A stretch of DNA of 64,000 bases from Eledone cirrhosa (taxonomy: Eukaryota): NCBI GenBank assembly GCA_964016885.1, contig OZ024741.1:51398001-51462000 (forward strand), written 5' to 3'. This document shows positions 11,899 to 26,214 of this stretch, piece by piece. Positions within the stretch are counted from its first letter, which is position 1. Each line of letters starts with the position of its first letter. The position numbers were made by a program, and so were the translations under genes. The notes below the pieces were generated by a model. It ran no database searches and was not told where the DNA came from. It saw only the letters and a program-made list of their open reading frames with translations.

Positions 11899-13436
11899 CT
11901 GAAACAAGAAAAAAACATTTCAATAGAAACAATAACACAAAACACAACTGGAATGGATGGATACATGTGGTTACTCTTATGAGGGAAAAACAGTTATTTC
12001 AGCAGAAGGCCAGAAATCTGGGGCAAGGGAGCAACAGTTGATTTATCAGTACAAGAACGTCACTGGTGAGTAATTATTATGATGATGATTGGAGAGGGCA
12101 GTGGATTAGCTACAACTATTTGAGATAAAAACTGGACAGAAGAGGAAGATTTGTTCCTGCTTTTTATATTGGAAGTTAAAATTTGCCCTTCATCCTTGCG
12201 GGTCCAATAAAATAAAGTACCAGTCAAATACTGGGATTGATACAATTGACTTTCCCTTCTACACAAATTGCAGGCTTTGTGCCTGGATTAGAAATCATTA
12301 TTATTATTATTATTGAAATGTTGGAGTCAGAGATATAGAAATATCGCTTCAAGGTTTCTGAGCACCGTGGAAATTCAATTCCTAGAAGGAAGAACTCACC
12401 ACTCTACCTCGGCCTTTTATGTCATCATTCTCCAAACATCAAAAACAAGCAAAGCTAACGAGCTATGACAACATGTAAACAAGAACAGCTGGTTAACTAC
12501 CCCATACTAGGAAAGCTGAGCAACTAAGAAAAGAACAGCTGGCTAACTACCCCATACTAGGAAAGCTGAGCAACTACAACAAAAACAGCTGGCTGGAAAG
12601 CTGGGAGACTGAGTTATCATGGAACCAAGGATAGCTGACCAGTTGTGTTCTTGTTCTTGAGCAAGACATTCATTTCATGTTAGGATGAAGTCCTCTATCA
12701 TTAAAATATCCAACAACCCTCCTAAGATGCAACCACGAGGGTTTGAGGTCCCCTATCATTAAAATACCCAAGAAATCTACTAAGATGCAACCTACAAGAG
12801 CATGAGCTGTGGATTTCAAGTTACATTTTACTTCAAACAACATAAGCTGCAGGCAAAACCTGTTTCTATTACTTGGTCACAGTTGTACAGTTTAACATCA
12901 GCTAGTTAAACCAAAGTACATTCAATGGCCACATATCATCATTGTTTAACGTCTATCTTCCATGCTAGCATGGGTTTAGACATTTAGCTATTTGGATATT
13001 AGAGACTTCCACATGGAGATTTTGTTGACGCGATACAGCTGGAATTCCTCTCCATTGCCTGTGATATGGGAGATAACTGTAAAATCTAGGAGCAACTAAC
13101 TCTAGCTTATTGAAGAAAGTGAAATTGAAAAATTTATTTTTATTTTATTTGCTGGTTATTGCAATTTTTCCTACCTACAGATTAGTCTTTTACGAGTTCC
13201 AACTGACAGGCAGAGGCCATGCTGGAGCACTGTCATTGTACATTTAAAAACAGATCCACAAATTCAAAATGTAATAACTGTGCTGAAAAGTTCAGCCATT
13301 AAAATAATATATCTAAACAAAGCAGGGAAAATCTTTTTTATGGGGGGGGGGGGGTTAAAAGGTTAGGAAAGGCCAGCATAGAATGGACAAACAAGCTTTT
13401 ATCTTCACACTTGAACCAATAATAAACCATTCCTAC

Positions 13437-13554
13437 CAAGTTTGTCACCAGATTCTTTTGAAGATGGACCATTCTGAGTCTTCTTTTTATTGCTGGACTT
13501 ATTGGCCGCTGCCTTCTTTTGTGCATCACGTCTCTTTTTCGCATCTGAAGGCAT
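13437..13554 (-). CDS. ABCF2: ABCF2 (ABC-F family ATPase) first coding exon
   Basis: ATG at 13554 gives MPSDAKKRRDAQKKAAANKSSNKKKTQNGPSSKESGDKL, resembling the Lys-rich ABCF2 N-terminus (MPSD..KK). The phase-1 donor G|GTAGGA matches the next exon. An acceptor AG at 13570-13569 implies an upstream 5'UTR exon. Confidence 0.9.
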
Positions 13555-13830
13555 CACAAAATTTATTCCTGTTTGAAGAAAAAAAATGTTTATAAATAGT
13601 TACAATAGCAAAAGAAGAAAAGAAGACCACTTATTTTCTATAAGTTCTTTCACTTTTCTTGTTGTAGTTAATAAAATAGAGTAAAAGTCCAGGGCAAGAG
13701 AATTGACTGAACATCAGACAAGATGTCTAGCGGTATTTGTTCCTGCTCTCTCAGTACTTGGGTGGCAGACTTAATCCAGTGCCTGGCTAAACACTAGCAC
13801 CACCTCGGCCTTGAGTTGCCTTTAATTTAA

Positions 13831-14043
13831 CCCTTTAGCATTTAAACCAGCTGTATCCAACCAGAATTCTCTCACCCTTTTCTGTTTGAACAGGCAGTAA
13901 CTTGCTACTCATACTGACGTTAAGGTATTGTTCTCAAAATAAATAAACATCAAAATTTCATAGATTCGATATTATGTATGTAAGATAAAGCCTTTACTAT
14001 AAAAATACAATAGTATATATAGAGTAATGTAAATGCTAAAGGG
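13831..14043. mobile_element. piggyBac-like MITE
   Basis: ttaa|ccctttagcattt ... aaatgctaaaggg|ttat: 13-bp TIR and TTAA-type site; a partial relative lies at ~3890-4060. Confidence 0.7.
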
Positions 14044-17000
14044 TTATGTTGCAAACATTTAGAACAGATCTCCAGTTTAAAATTGATTTCTTTCCTCCCA
14101 TCAATCTCAGATTCCCTGAAAGAAAATGTATTTTAAGTGCTGCCTCTGCCTCCCTGACTAAATGCCAGCAAACAAACAAAAAAAGTCAGTTTGCCATCTA
14201 CTTCTATCAACACAGCTAACCATTAATAGATGAACAAGCTGTGATGTGATCACTAGACCTGTTAGAAGTAGCAGTCAAATCTAGAAATTACATCCTACCT
14301 TCTTTAAAAAAATAAAAAAGGACACTAGATAACTATCACTCAAAACATGACTGAATAGTCATGTTTGGAACGTCTGCTCAATCAAGGCTGACCAGGGGTT
14401 AACTCTGAACATCCTGTAATGATTTAGCCAAAAATATCTAACAGGTTTGTTAATTCAAATATTTATAGTATCTTTACTAGTGGACAGATATTTGTGAAAA
14501 TTCGGCAGTTCCTTGTGATACAGGACATCAAAAGTAACAACAGGAATGAAAACACTAAGTTCATGAATTGAAATGTTTCCTTCTATCTACTTCTCATTCA
14601 CCCATTGACTAAGACATAGACATCTCACAAATGTACACACTATGGCATGAATCAACAAGTAACAAAAGGGGGCAGGTGAAAAGCTTAGATAGGCAGTGAG
14701 CTCTGTCACTCTGAAATCAATACAAGATTAAGAGATAGAGAACACAGCAGCTGAACAAACTGGTTCTTCACTAAGGTTTCAGTTAATTTTCTTCTCTGCA
14801 CCAAATACTATTTACTATGTGACCTGTTTCATAAATCTACCCTCCATACAAACGACCTCACCAGCATCTCACCTTCAATCCCAATATCTCATTCGCATGC
14901 TAACATCATTTGCCCTCAGTCATGCACATAACCTGTCAGCAATTCCATATGCCACATCTTTCAAACACAAATATAAAAAATCCCTTCACAATATATCTGC
15001 TACCACTTATTTTTCTTGGAAACCTCATATATCTATTTTAAACACCATCATTCCTTCGAAACCAACAGGCTCTCCATTGAAAACCATGAAGCTGTGTTCT
15101 CTAACTACTTTAATAGACCTTTCTCTACAACCCACCATCTTAACATGTACTTCATTCTGAGCGCAATGGATCGTCAATTTTACAACCACTTTTCCATGCT
15201 TGCATGAGTTGGATGGGTTCCTTCTATGAGCTTCAATGATTTCAGCTCTCACCACATTAACCCAAATCATCCTTGGTTTTCCTCTACTGCAGCTTGCTTC
15301 CACCAGGATTTTTTGACACTTCAACCAGCAATCATCATCTATGGAGACGTAATCCATTCTAATGAGGTATGTCTATTGTAAGCTTAACAAACATAGGAGT
15401 TTATTTTAAGTACAACAGACCTACAAGTTCACTACAACTTTCAAGACCAACTATATCAACTTTATCCACCAGAGACTCTTTATGATCCCCTATCTGATTA
15501 GAAATACAAACTACAAGATAAACAATTTAGAGAGGACATGTAAAAACTGAAAACTAGTGGACCATCATCATTACCGTTTAATGTCCTCTTTCCATGCTAG
15601 CATGGGAAGGACATTTATACTCAGTAGCAACAACCTATGGTTTGGTTAGTAAGGAACCCTCTATGCAGTCACTTAACCTATTAGAAATAGCAACAAAATC
15701 TCTCCTGTCTTTAAAAAAATAAAGCATTGGCTAATGTAGAGGCAGATACATTGTTTAAAAGAGCATAATTCTATTGAATCAAGGCTGACCTAGGGCTCCA
15801 CATGGGTATGTTATCTAGAATAGTCCTAGATGCACCATGTCTGTATAAAAGATGGGATATTCATGACTGGAGAGCAATGATAGGACAGGCCTGAGGTTAG
15901 ACAGTAACATCAACACACTATAGTCTAACAAAAGAACACCAGTGAAATGACAGTAAGAGACAGTGACACAACTGTTGGTGTTAATGTGATTCTTGACTAA
16001 TTAAATATTTACATAGCTGATGTGTGTAGTGAATCAGATTCAGTAGACGATCTAGAAGTGACACGATTCAACCATTTATCTGCATCTCATGCATCTGTAT
16101 ATATATATATATATTTAATTCTATTAGTGGTTTCAGTTATTTGACTGAAGGCATGCTAAGGCACTGTTGAAGGGATTTAGTCAATCACATCAACCACAGT
16201 ACATTTTTTCTTTAAGTCTGGTACATTTTATCAATCTCTTTGTTGAACCACTAAGTTACAGGACATAAATACAGATACATTCACACACAATATATATATA
16301 TAATGGGCTCTAGCAATTTCTCTCTACCAAATTTTACTCACAAAGCATTGGTCAACCCAAGAGTAATACTTGTCCAAGGTGCCATGCAGCAGAACTGAAC
16401 CCCAAATCCTCTTTATATTATAAACATTTAAGCATCTTCAAATTAGTCATCAGTCATTTACTATTACTAGTATTCATCATCACCGTTTAATGTCCATTTT
16501 TCCAAGCTAGCATGGGATAGACAAGTTGTCCTGTAGTGAGACAAGTCAGAACAGATGGCTTTTGCTCATACAAAACTTTCTGGCTCGGTTTTTATGGCTG
16601 GATGCCCTCCCTAATGCCAACCACATTTACAGTATAGACTGGGTGTTTTTTACAGTGTGGACAAAAGCTGGGGCGAGGAATTATTCTAAATGCACTGAAG
16701 TGACAGAAAGTATGGGAATAATTTATATGTAATAATTACGTGACTTAATGAACCAAATTAAAATCCTATCAAAATCTGCAATGACCTTTAATCCCTTGAG
16801 GGACAGTAAAGCAAATACCTGAATATATACGGAACTAAATCTTATCTTCCCATTTCTTAATGATTTTTCTAAATAATCTACCAACCCATGTAGGTTAGCT
16901 CATCTATTTAGCCTTTCTTTAAAGCCTATCCCCAACCCAGAGGCTCGTCAGACAGTTTATATCCGTTTTATTGGAATTGCGAGTACGTCGCAATCTTAAC

Positions 17001-19962
17001 GCCTAGCCGTTGTTGCTACCTATTTTTTCGGCTGAATAGAAAGTCTCTCTCTTCCTCTCTCTCTGTATTAGATTGGTGGAAATGCTAGAAAGTCAGACAC
17101 AGTGTTCTGCAGTATCTGATTCGGCTCTGTGCCTTTTAAATCCAAATCTCGCTTCTTTCTGTTGGGAGTTGTGACCGGCAGACAGTATCAACAATTGAAA
17201 ACTACTGACGATCGGCTCCTTTTCCTTTGTACACACACACAATATGCGTGTGTGTGTGAAGAGGACAAAAAAGGACGAGAACAGTTATAACGTCAGTTTA
17301 AAACAGTAAACATAACATTTTTAAAAGGCACTTCGTTGACAAAATATATGCACAAAAATATTTATTAACAATGAGTGAAAGGTGAAAATAATTACACCGA
17401 ATAGAAAGAGAAGATATCTGACATTTGGAGATTAAACCCTTCATCAAAATACAGTAAGAAAATAAAATAAGAAACAAAGTGTAGCAACGATAGGAAATAA
17501 ATGACTAGAAGCGTGTAATGTATTATCTACTTTTGTAAGCCGGTGGCCAGACCTGATCCAGTGAAGTCTATCATCAAAGACGTTTCAGCTGTGATCATAG
17601 CTACTTTTTTTTTCAGACATAGTATATCTAAAATCACAATACCCAATGTATCCTTACTTTTTTTAAAGTAATACTATAGTTTTATTCAAGAGAAATTCGA
17701 CTGTAATTTCTAACAGGTCCCAAGTTACCGGTAAAGATATTTATTCTTTCTTCGATAAAGTATAGCACACAGCTGTCACGTGGAGTATGTGAAATGGCGG
17801 TAGATATGTGAGTGGGAAAAGAGATAAGCAGATTTACTCACACCATCTGTGGCGGGAGAGAAATAGATAGACAGATAGAGTAAGGGGAGTAAAAAGACGA
17901 TTTCCTGAAGACAGAAAGAGAAAGTACACATCACCTATACCAGCCGAAATCTCGACCGGTTTGCTGGAAATAGCAGCCAAATTTCCCTCAAATCACATCC
18001 TACTATCAAGACACTGAACAATGTTATAATCACTGACATACAATTGGACAGGATGGTCAAAGCTGGCACGTCTGGCCAATCAGAAATAATTAGTAATACC
18101 ATTTCAATGAAATCGTAGCCGGTCAATAATTAAAATGACCCGAAGTACCTAAGCCGATGTAGAAACATTCTAATATTTATTATTAGCCTTTCCCTTCTCC
18201 AATGATAAATGATATTCTTTATTTTGTCCACTTCATCACGCGACAATGTGTGAAAGGTTTATTTTATATAAAAAAAATATCAGTTCCAGCACTTCGGGCA
18301 GAAAAGACTAATCGCTCATCGCCATACATCAACTTAAATTACCATATACATATCAATGGTTTCCTCGTTAGTTTTCTACACACACAAATGAGTAATGTAT
18401 CAACTGGAATGTGTCCATAATCTATGAGACGTAAAAGTAACAAATACCGCCATTTCACTTTATGTATAAAGGTATGGGAATATGGCACAAGTTCAATCCG
18501 GTTGTCTATAGTAGATCTTAACTTTCATTTAAAAAAATAAATTAAGACAATTATGACTTATACTCACTGACTTAATCAACAGCTGCTAGCAAAAGAATTA
18601 ATTATATAATTAGCAGGCACGAATTTTTTTTCCATTCAAGGAGATGGCTGCTCGTTTTTTAGCCGTATCTAGTTGGGTTTTTCTTTACAGGCCGACTTCA
18701 AATTGTACCGAGGTAAACTTTTGTCAGCCATATCTCCGAAGACTGATAGAATAAAATATCCGTCATCCAGACATCGATTTCAATCAATTACGCCGCTCCT
18801 TTATATATTTTTAATTATCCTGATGTTGCCCAAGATTGGGTCTTTCGATTTACTAGGGTCACATTCCAAGCAAATGTTCGTTCTCTCCGAGCTATTCTAA
18901 CCGTGGTTGGTGTTTAGTTAAAAATGGATGTTTCTTTCTCTGCCTGAATACGAAGACATTACTAAGGAGTGCCGTAAATCACCATTATATAATATCATTA
19001 GTTATATGCACGTAATAATTAAAAATTGTCAATTTTTCTCAGGATACCAACAAGAATGTCCAACAACACTGTCCCAGGTGCCACATTAGGCAGGATATGG
19101 GATTCTCCCCTAAATCTAAAAAACTACAGGTGGGAACAGCAACACGGTATCAAATTCTACTCAGAGCTTCTCCTTAATATCCGCCACATAAAATCTCGTA
19201 GTTTTTCTCCGTAATACTTGGTGATCATTACAAATTCCCATTCACCTTTCTATATTTTATTGGACAAACCAGAGATCGGCCGTTGATTTGTAAGAAATAT
19301 AGAGAATGGCGAAAGAAGACGAGTTGAATAGCATGGGAACCATACTTTATATGGCGGCATTCGGCTCTTCTCACTCTCTTTTCCTAAGTCTTATATTCCC
19401 CAATCTCATATCCATTCTCTCAAATTCCTTTCTCGTCCCTAAAATCTTCAGTTTCTCGAATATTCTTCCTCTAATTTTATTACTCATTCCCTTTAATCCC
19501 CCACATATTCTGTACTAATATCTCATTCAATATCATTGACTTTCCTCTTCTTTATTTCTCTATAATAGCGCTTTCTTCTTTCTATCCCCTCTACACCATC
19601 TCTCTCCATATATACACACACAATATATATATATGAATTATATACATATATACACACACAATATATATATATGAATTACATACATCTGACATTCTTCACC
19701 CGTCTCTACCTCAATATATCTCCCTCCCTCTCTGATTCATTCATTAACTTCCTCCCTCGCTAACTTTCTCCCTTTCACTACCCCTCAGTTCATCACTAAT
19801 TAACTCTCCCGCCACTTTAAAATGTTATATAAAACATTCAATCCAGCCGGCTGGGTTGAATAACAAAAACGATGACAATAAAATATAGTAAAAATACTAT
19901 GGCGTAGAATATAAACTTAAACAAAAAAAAAAATCAATGAAATATGAGACCATTAGACTTAC

Positions 19963-20155
19963 CGGCTTTTTTTTTTTTTTTTGTTTTTGAAGACGACAGG
20001 AAAAGAAATATCAGGAGGTTTTTTTTTATTCAGACTTGAGGTATGCAGCGTATTCGTTATATATAGATATATCTACAATTCTCTGTATAAATATATGTCT
20101 GCCTATGTCCGTCTAGAAAGTTCCTGCTACCGACACAGACTGCTACCGGTGAGTA
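19963..20155. promoter_or_regulatory. Candidate ABCF2 promoter / 5'UTR exon, possibly bidirectional
   Basis: Strong minus-strand donor CCG|GTAAGT (exon end 19963) and plus-strand donor CCG|GTGAGT (exon end 20148). They lie in a zone (~16.9-20.8 kb) that retains visibly more CpG than the ABCF2 body. Confidence 0.4.
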
Positions 20156-20829
20156 TGTCTGTGTCTACACGAAGAGATGGACAAAGCCGCACTTAATGTT
20201 ACTTCGACTGGCGAGTGGGTGGAAATTCCTATACCAGCGAGTAGACATTGAGACGGCGAAAAAAAAAATATAATTCAATGTTGATGAGAGAGTACAATGA
20301 AGAAAAAACTTGCTGCGAGTAAAAATAAAATATTAGTATTAAACTTGTATTTTATTTATTAATATTTTCCTATGTGACTGTCATTTTCGGCGTCTCAGTT
20401 GGCGGTGATTTGTTTGAATGGCCGGTTCTAGTCATGTGATACAAGACACGCAGCAAAGCACGCAATAGCCTTTCGCTATGTACATTGCGTAATAAAATTA
20501 TTGCGCATTTAAGATATTCTAATTGTTTGAACACGGCTATGATCCCTCTTGCTATATAATAATATTTCGTATGTGTCTTAAAGGGAAATCTAAGTTATAA
20601 AACCTAAATATGTAATATATATATTATGATGATGGATCCTCCGTCGCTTTCGACTATGAGCATTCTGTTGTTCGATTAATTGAACAGCTTTCACATTAAA
20701 TCAATGAGCAGGTTGCTATGTATTCCACAGACACGTGTACCCGATAACGTAATTCCAAAGCCGAAACAGCGTGATACAATATGTAACAAGACTGAACCTT
20801 TGTATTAAAAGTCCATCCGACGAGCTTCC

Positions 20830-23800
20830 ACTGGGATTTCTCGGCACTTTTTAATCCTACGATCATTATTCATATGCATCACATGTCCATACCAGGGCAG
20901 TCTTCTCTCTTGCACTCTACATCTGATTCCTCTTATACCCATCTTTTCTCTCGGTTCATCCATGCTTTGTCTTGCATGCATCAAAGCATGCTCACTTCAT
21001 TCCTCTCCAGTCTTTACATATCCTTTCCATTCATTACCCATGTCTCACTACCATGCAACATCACACACAGACATCATACAGCCAGCCTTTCATTCATAGA
21101 GAGAAACCTTTTGTTGTCAACAGAGGTACAAGCACCCCAAACTTCTTCCAACCTGTTCTAGCTACTATTCTTTTAGAACAAACTTCTCTACTGCTAATCA
21201 ACCACTTCTATGAATTCTTCCTGGGATTGGAGAATGTTTATTTCACTGATGGTCTTACTACCAACTATCCCTGTGCATCTGCTACTTATAAAATCTACCT
21301 TTTATTTTAGTCTACTATCTCATTACACCTCTTGTGTACCCAAGACATTGTGTAAATCGTGTAGAGTTTCTACTAACACCTTTTTGACATATCGAAGAGG
21401 GCCAATTTCCTGAAGGGATCAGAGTCCTGTCTCCTTTCCTACTTGTTAAAACTTTAGTTTTTCCTAAGTTTACTCTATGCTCTTTTTTATTCTACTTTCT
21501 ATTTCCAAAGCTAGGATTTCTTCTCTAACTTTTGTCTTAGCAGATATGGCATATGATACAAAAATAGGCTGTACTTTCCTACCATAGCAAATTTAATCTG
21601 AAAGTCACTCTAGATAGAGCCACTACTTCTCCAAATTAATAGATCAGAACTGTTATACTATAGACATGTGGTTAGAATATCTCAGGAGTCAACCCCGAGC
21701 AAGATGGTTGGATAACATGCATGAGCTTGGCTGGTCTCACTTAGGGATCCAGCCAAATCAGTTAGAGACAGTTGCTTCTGACTGGACCCACTGGAAGCAG
21801 TGTTTCAGGACTCTGCCCTCACGACCATCTCAGGAATAAGTGAGCAAACTCTTCTCCAAACTATAATAAACAGGAGGGAGCTGAAGACTAAGCCCTGCTG
21901 AACACATACCTGCACATTTAATTCCTTACTAAACTCATTACCTACTTTCACTTTACTGACAGCTCTTCTGTACATGAATAACACAGCTCTCACAAACTTT
22001 CTTCTATACCCTGTTTCTTTAAAGACCACCAGATGACAGATCATGGTACTTTGTCATAGGCCTTCTCCAGATCAACAAAAGCTAGATATAGTGACTTACA
22101 CTTAGCTAAGAACTTCTCTTATAGTTGCCTCACTAAGAAGAGGGCATCTGTTGTGCTCCTCTCTTACACAAAACATCTCATCTAATTTGACTCTTTCTCT
22201 AATTAGTTGCACTAAATCTCTTTCTGTCACTTTCATAACTTGGACCATTAATCTTATGCCTCTGTAGTTGCACCTTTCTAGAGCATCATCCTTTCCCTTG
22301 TAACAATTAATGAGTATACTACTACACCAGTCATTGGGTATAATCTTATGTATTACCTGATTATATAGGTAACTAATTTAACTCCTACTTCTTCAGATTT
22401 CAGTATCTCAGCAACTATCTCTCATGGAGCAACAACTTTTTCATATCCTTGATTTCTTCTTTGACCCTATAACTGTTAATTTCAATAGTTGGTCCCTTTG
22501 TTGGGTCAGTTGAGGGTAGTCTCTTTTTCTCCCACTCATTCTCCACATTCATAAAGCTCTTGTAATTGCATTTCCAGACTTCTTTCCCCAACAACATTCC
22601 TGACTCTCTGCTTTGTGAAGCAGAACACCTCACATCATAAGATATTGGCAAACCTACTTTCAGCTTCTTTGTGTGCTAAGTATACTAATCATCTAGTGTC
22701 TCTCTTAGCTACTTGGCTTCCATACTACCTTTCTCCACATATTCCTACATTTACTTGTGCCTATTCTGATGTCACTAATAACTAACTTATGTTGTGTGAT
22801 GTATTCTTCTCCAGGGAAGACTTAGCATTTATAACAATCTGCCTATCCTGTTTTCTAACAAGTAAGAAGTCAAAAGTAGCTTGTGTGTTTACCTGTTTGG
22901 TAGGTGATAAGGTGGCTGACCAGCTTCCTGTAGTTAGTGCTGCAAATAGTTAGCTCATTTGCTATCCCAGAATTCTAGGAGCTGCACTCCCTCTTCATTT
23001 TTTTGTATCATAACTACATCTGCTGTGTACTCCAGTGTAACCATTTTCATGCTGCCCAATATGTTTACTGATGTCACCATCTAGGTTGATAAGGTCTTTG
23101 TTGTTCATATTTAAAGTTGTTTGTATGGGTTCCTCGAAAAAACAGCCCTTTTGTTCATTATTCAGTCCTGATTATGGGGCATATCTAGAGATAACTGTTA
23201 TCATTCTGTTGCCTGTAACTATTCTGTCATTCTAACCACCTCAGTTATCTATCCACTTCTCAGCTAATAGAATGCCAACTCCACCTGCCCCTTCTTCATT
23301 TCCTACCCAGAAAAGCTTATATCTATGCTGTCTATCTGTGAGTAGTCATGCTAAGGCACCTCTTCATCTCATATCTTGAATGCAGCACATATCCACTACA
23401 CACCTCAAGCATCTCCACAATATCCCCAGACATACTTTTCCATGTGGACCCCATTATGAGTGGTCCCATCCTGAGATGTCTTACCTGACTGCCGTACCAG
23501 TCAGCTGAGTCCTTTTATAATAGCTTTCTGTACCTGAAAGGGAAAGTGGTTGTGTAATTGCTTGATAATGATTGCTGGGTTTTCACACATGTCTACATTA
23601 ACCAACACAGTACTAAGATGACTAATGTTGGACCTGTATACAAAATTAGTATGAATCTTGTATGTTGTGTTTTCCATAGTTTTTGGCAGGGTCAATATAA
23701 TAAGTAACACATGATAGGGAAAACTCTTTAGTCCTGTCAGATACATTTTCTAGTGCTCAGGGTCTGTTCCTGGGTCTCCTGCTGGTTGGGTTTTGCCCGT

Positions 23801-23950
23801 AAAATCTGTCCAACAATTCTTTCCTGTGACATTCTAACCACATGCTCATATTATCGAAGCTGTGATCTCTCAATTCAGAGAAGTATTGGCTCTACTTGGA
23901 GTGATTCTCTCATCTCCAAGCTACAGTGAATGCCATTAACAAAAATTTTT
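20830..23950 (-). mobile_element. Old, degenerate RTE LINE
   Basis: Remnant ORFs 21805-22044 and 22415-22651 (FMNVENEWEK..KGPTIEI) and EN-like sequence to ~23460 are colinear with the RTE at 32300-36042; another EN fragment lies at ~24240-24490. Confidence 0.8.
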
Positions 23951-25537
23951 CACAAGTATATTTTAGTTTCCATGCTTTTTAGTTTCATTGCTCTACCTCT
24001 CCAAATCATCCTGCATTTCTGATTTTATCTGATTCTTATTTTGATGCTACTAACAACTACAGTATATACTCAAATGTAAGCCAATCCAAGTATAAGTCGA
24101 CCTCCATATTTTATGTCTGTTTATAAGCCAAGGCAGCTAATCAACACATTGTTTAGAGGCATGTATAAGCCGACTCCCTCATTGTACTATCGATTTTTTT
24201 GGTCACTTATTCCTTCGCTTATATTCAAGTATATGCAGTAATTTGTATTTGGTTGTGTATTCCTCACCAGGAAAAGCCTTAGTATTCATAACCATTTGTC
24301 TATCCCATTTTTAACTAACATAAAGTCCATCTTGCTTGTAAGGTTGTCTGATTGATAGGTGATTAAGTGTTTCATCATTGATTCCTCTTCATTTCTGGAG
24401 TCATATCCATAGACCTGGTGTACTCCAGTGTAGCCAACTTGTTGATGTCCAACATGACTATGTAAGTCAACCACCTGAATAATGAGGTCTCTAATATGTT
24501 AACTTGTTTGGGGGTTCAATATAATCCTGTTATATAATTCCGCAAATAACACCTGATGAAATCGTCAAGTCTTACATCATAACTGGATGATAGAGCTGGG
24601 TCATCGAAATATGTACAGTGCTTTCACAGAATTAAAATTCTAAAGTAAATTTTCCAGTCTGGCCTTCTGTTGTTGTTTAAATGAATACTTAACTCTGTTC
24701 CTGCTCCAGTCACTGGATACCACATCTATGATTTGTATAACATTGAGTGCTTTAAGTAATTTGTTGCATCATTGTTTACCAGCCACGAACCACCAAGTCT
24801 ACCTATTAATAAACAGCCTAACATAAATGTTTTATATACAGTATATATATAACACAACAAAAGTGCCCAGCCCATACTGTAAAGTGGTCATGGGGTGTCA
24901 TGACAAAAAGCACCCAGTCCACACTGTAAATGAGGTTGGTGTTAGAAAGGGCATCCAGCTGTAGAAACCAAGCCAAAATCAGTTTTGTATGCGCAAGACA
25001 TGGTTATCTGACTCAGTTTGTCTTACAGCAGGACAACTCATCTAACCCATGGTAGCTTGGAAAAATGGACGTTAAATGCTGCTGCTGATGATGAATGATA
25101 TATATATATAATCATCATTATCATCTGTTTTCCATGCTTGCATGGGTTAGATGGGTGGTCATGTTATGAAACAAGTCAGGTCAAGTGACCACGTCTTGAT
25201 CATACAGATTTGTATTTTGGCTTGGTTTCTATGGCTGGATGCCCTCCCTAATGCCAACCATATTATAATGTGGACCAAAACGATCATCTAACAGGGTAGA
25301 CTGGGTGCATTTTGTGGTGTCACCAGCATGACCACCTTTCAGAGTGGACTGGTGCTTTGTTTTTGTCATGTCACCAGCATGAGCACCTTGCAGGATGGAC
25401 TAAATGTATTTTTTTGGTTTGAGTGTATATATATATATACCATTATATATACTCTGCCTGTGCATAGAGTGCTTGATTTGGTACCAACAGCAGTAATTCA
25501 CTGTACTACCCACACTATATATATATATATATATATA

Positions 25538-25958
25538 TATAGCAAGAGTTGCCTCCCTTGTTATGACGATCACATCACCAGTAGCGCTCTCTAGGCAGGA
25601 AGTAGCTGGAGTTACTTCCCGTTGAGGTGGCAGAACCTTCTTTGTCACTTCCGTCCAGGGACCCTATAAAGGAGAAAGCTGAAAGCAATATGTCTCTCTT
25701 TTAACCTGCCTGGCCCTTCGGCCACGCGTCTTCCGCCGAGGGTATACTCTCTGGCAACCTGAACATGGTAATGAAAAAAACCTCTTGGTCTCTTGCGAGC
25801 TGACTTCAAAAAGGGTAAACAACTAATTTTAATTCATCCTTTCATCTCTCTTGGCATGTCAACTATTCTGCTCTACATAGCTCAACCTTGTTAAATAAAT
25901 ATTGTACATACAACCGAGTGTCTTGTTATATTCATACAACCTCAGTGTCCCTGTTATA
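25538..25958 (+). repeat. 5' LTR
   Basis: Direct repeat of 29973-30392; TATA box (CCCTATAAAGG ~25662) and AATAAA (~25894) on the plus strand; followed by the PBS. Confidence 0.93.
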
Positions 25959-25960
25959 AT

Positions 25961-25972
25961 TGGTGACCCCGA
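25961..25972 (+). promoter_or_regulatory. Primer binding site complementary to the tRNA-Trp 3' end
   Basis: TGGTGACCCCGA is the complement of ...UCGGGGUCACCA; a tRNA-Trp PBS is typical of CsRN1-clade Gypsy elements. Confidence 0.8.
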
Positions 25973-26214
25973 TGTAGAAAAACCGATTAGCAACCATCAA
26001 CATTCCCAAACCAAGGAGCAATCAGCCCAACCGAGCATGAAGGGCACAACAAATTTCAAAAATACATATTAAAAAAGCATGCAAGAACGTAAAAGAAAAA
26101 AAACAAAAAAAAAACAATGTCATGAGATGTAAATACAATTTCCTAAAAGTTCCAAAAGTCACTACAGGATTAAAGCACCGCACAATAGCAGTTTAAAAAT
26201 ATACCGTGCTACAC

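Noticed and set aside
12481-12800. Short direct repeats (50-bp and ~62-bp units)
   Set aside because: Ordinary 2-2.5-copy local duplications in an intron with no further structure.
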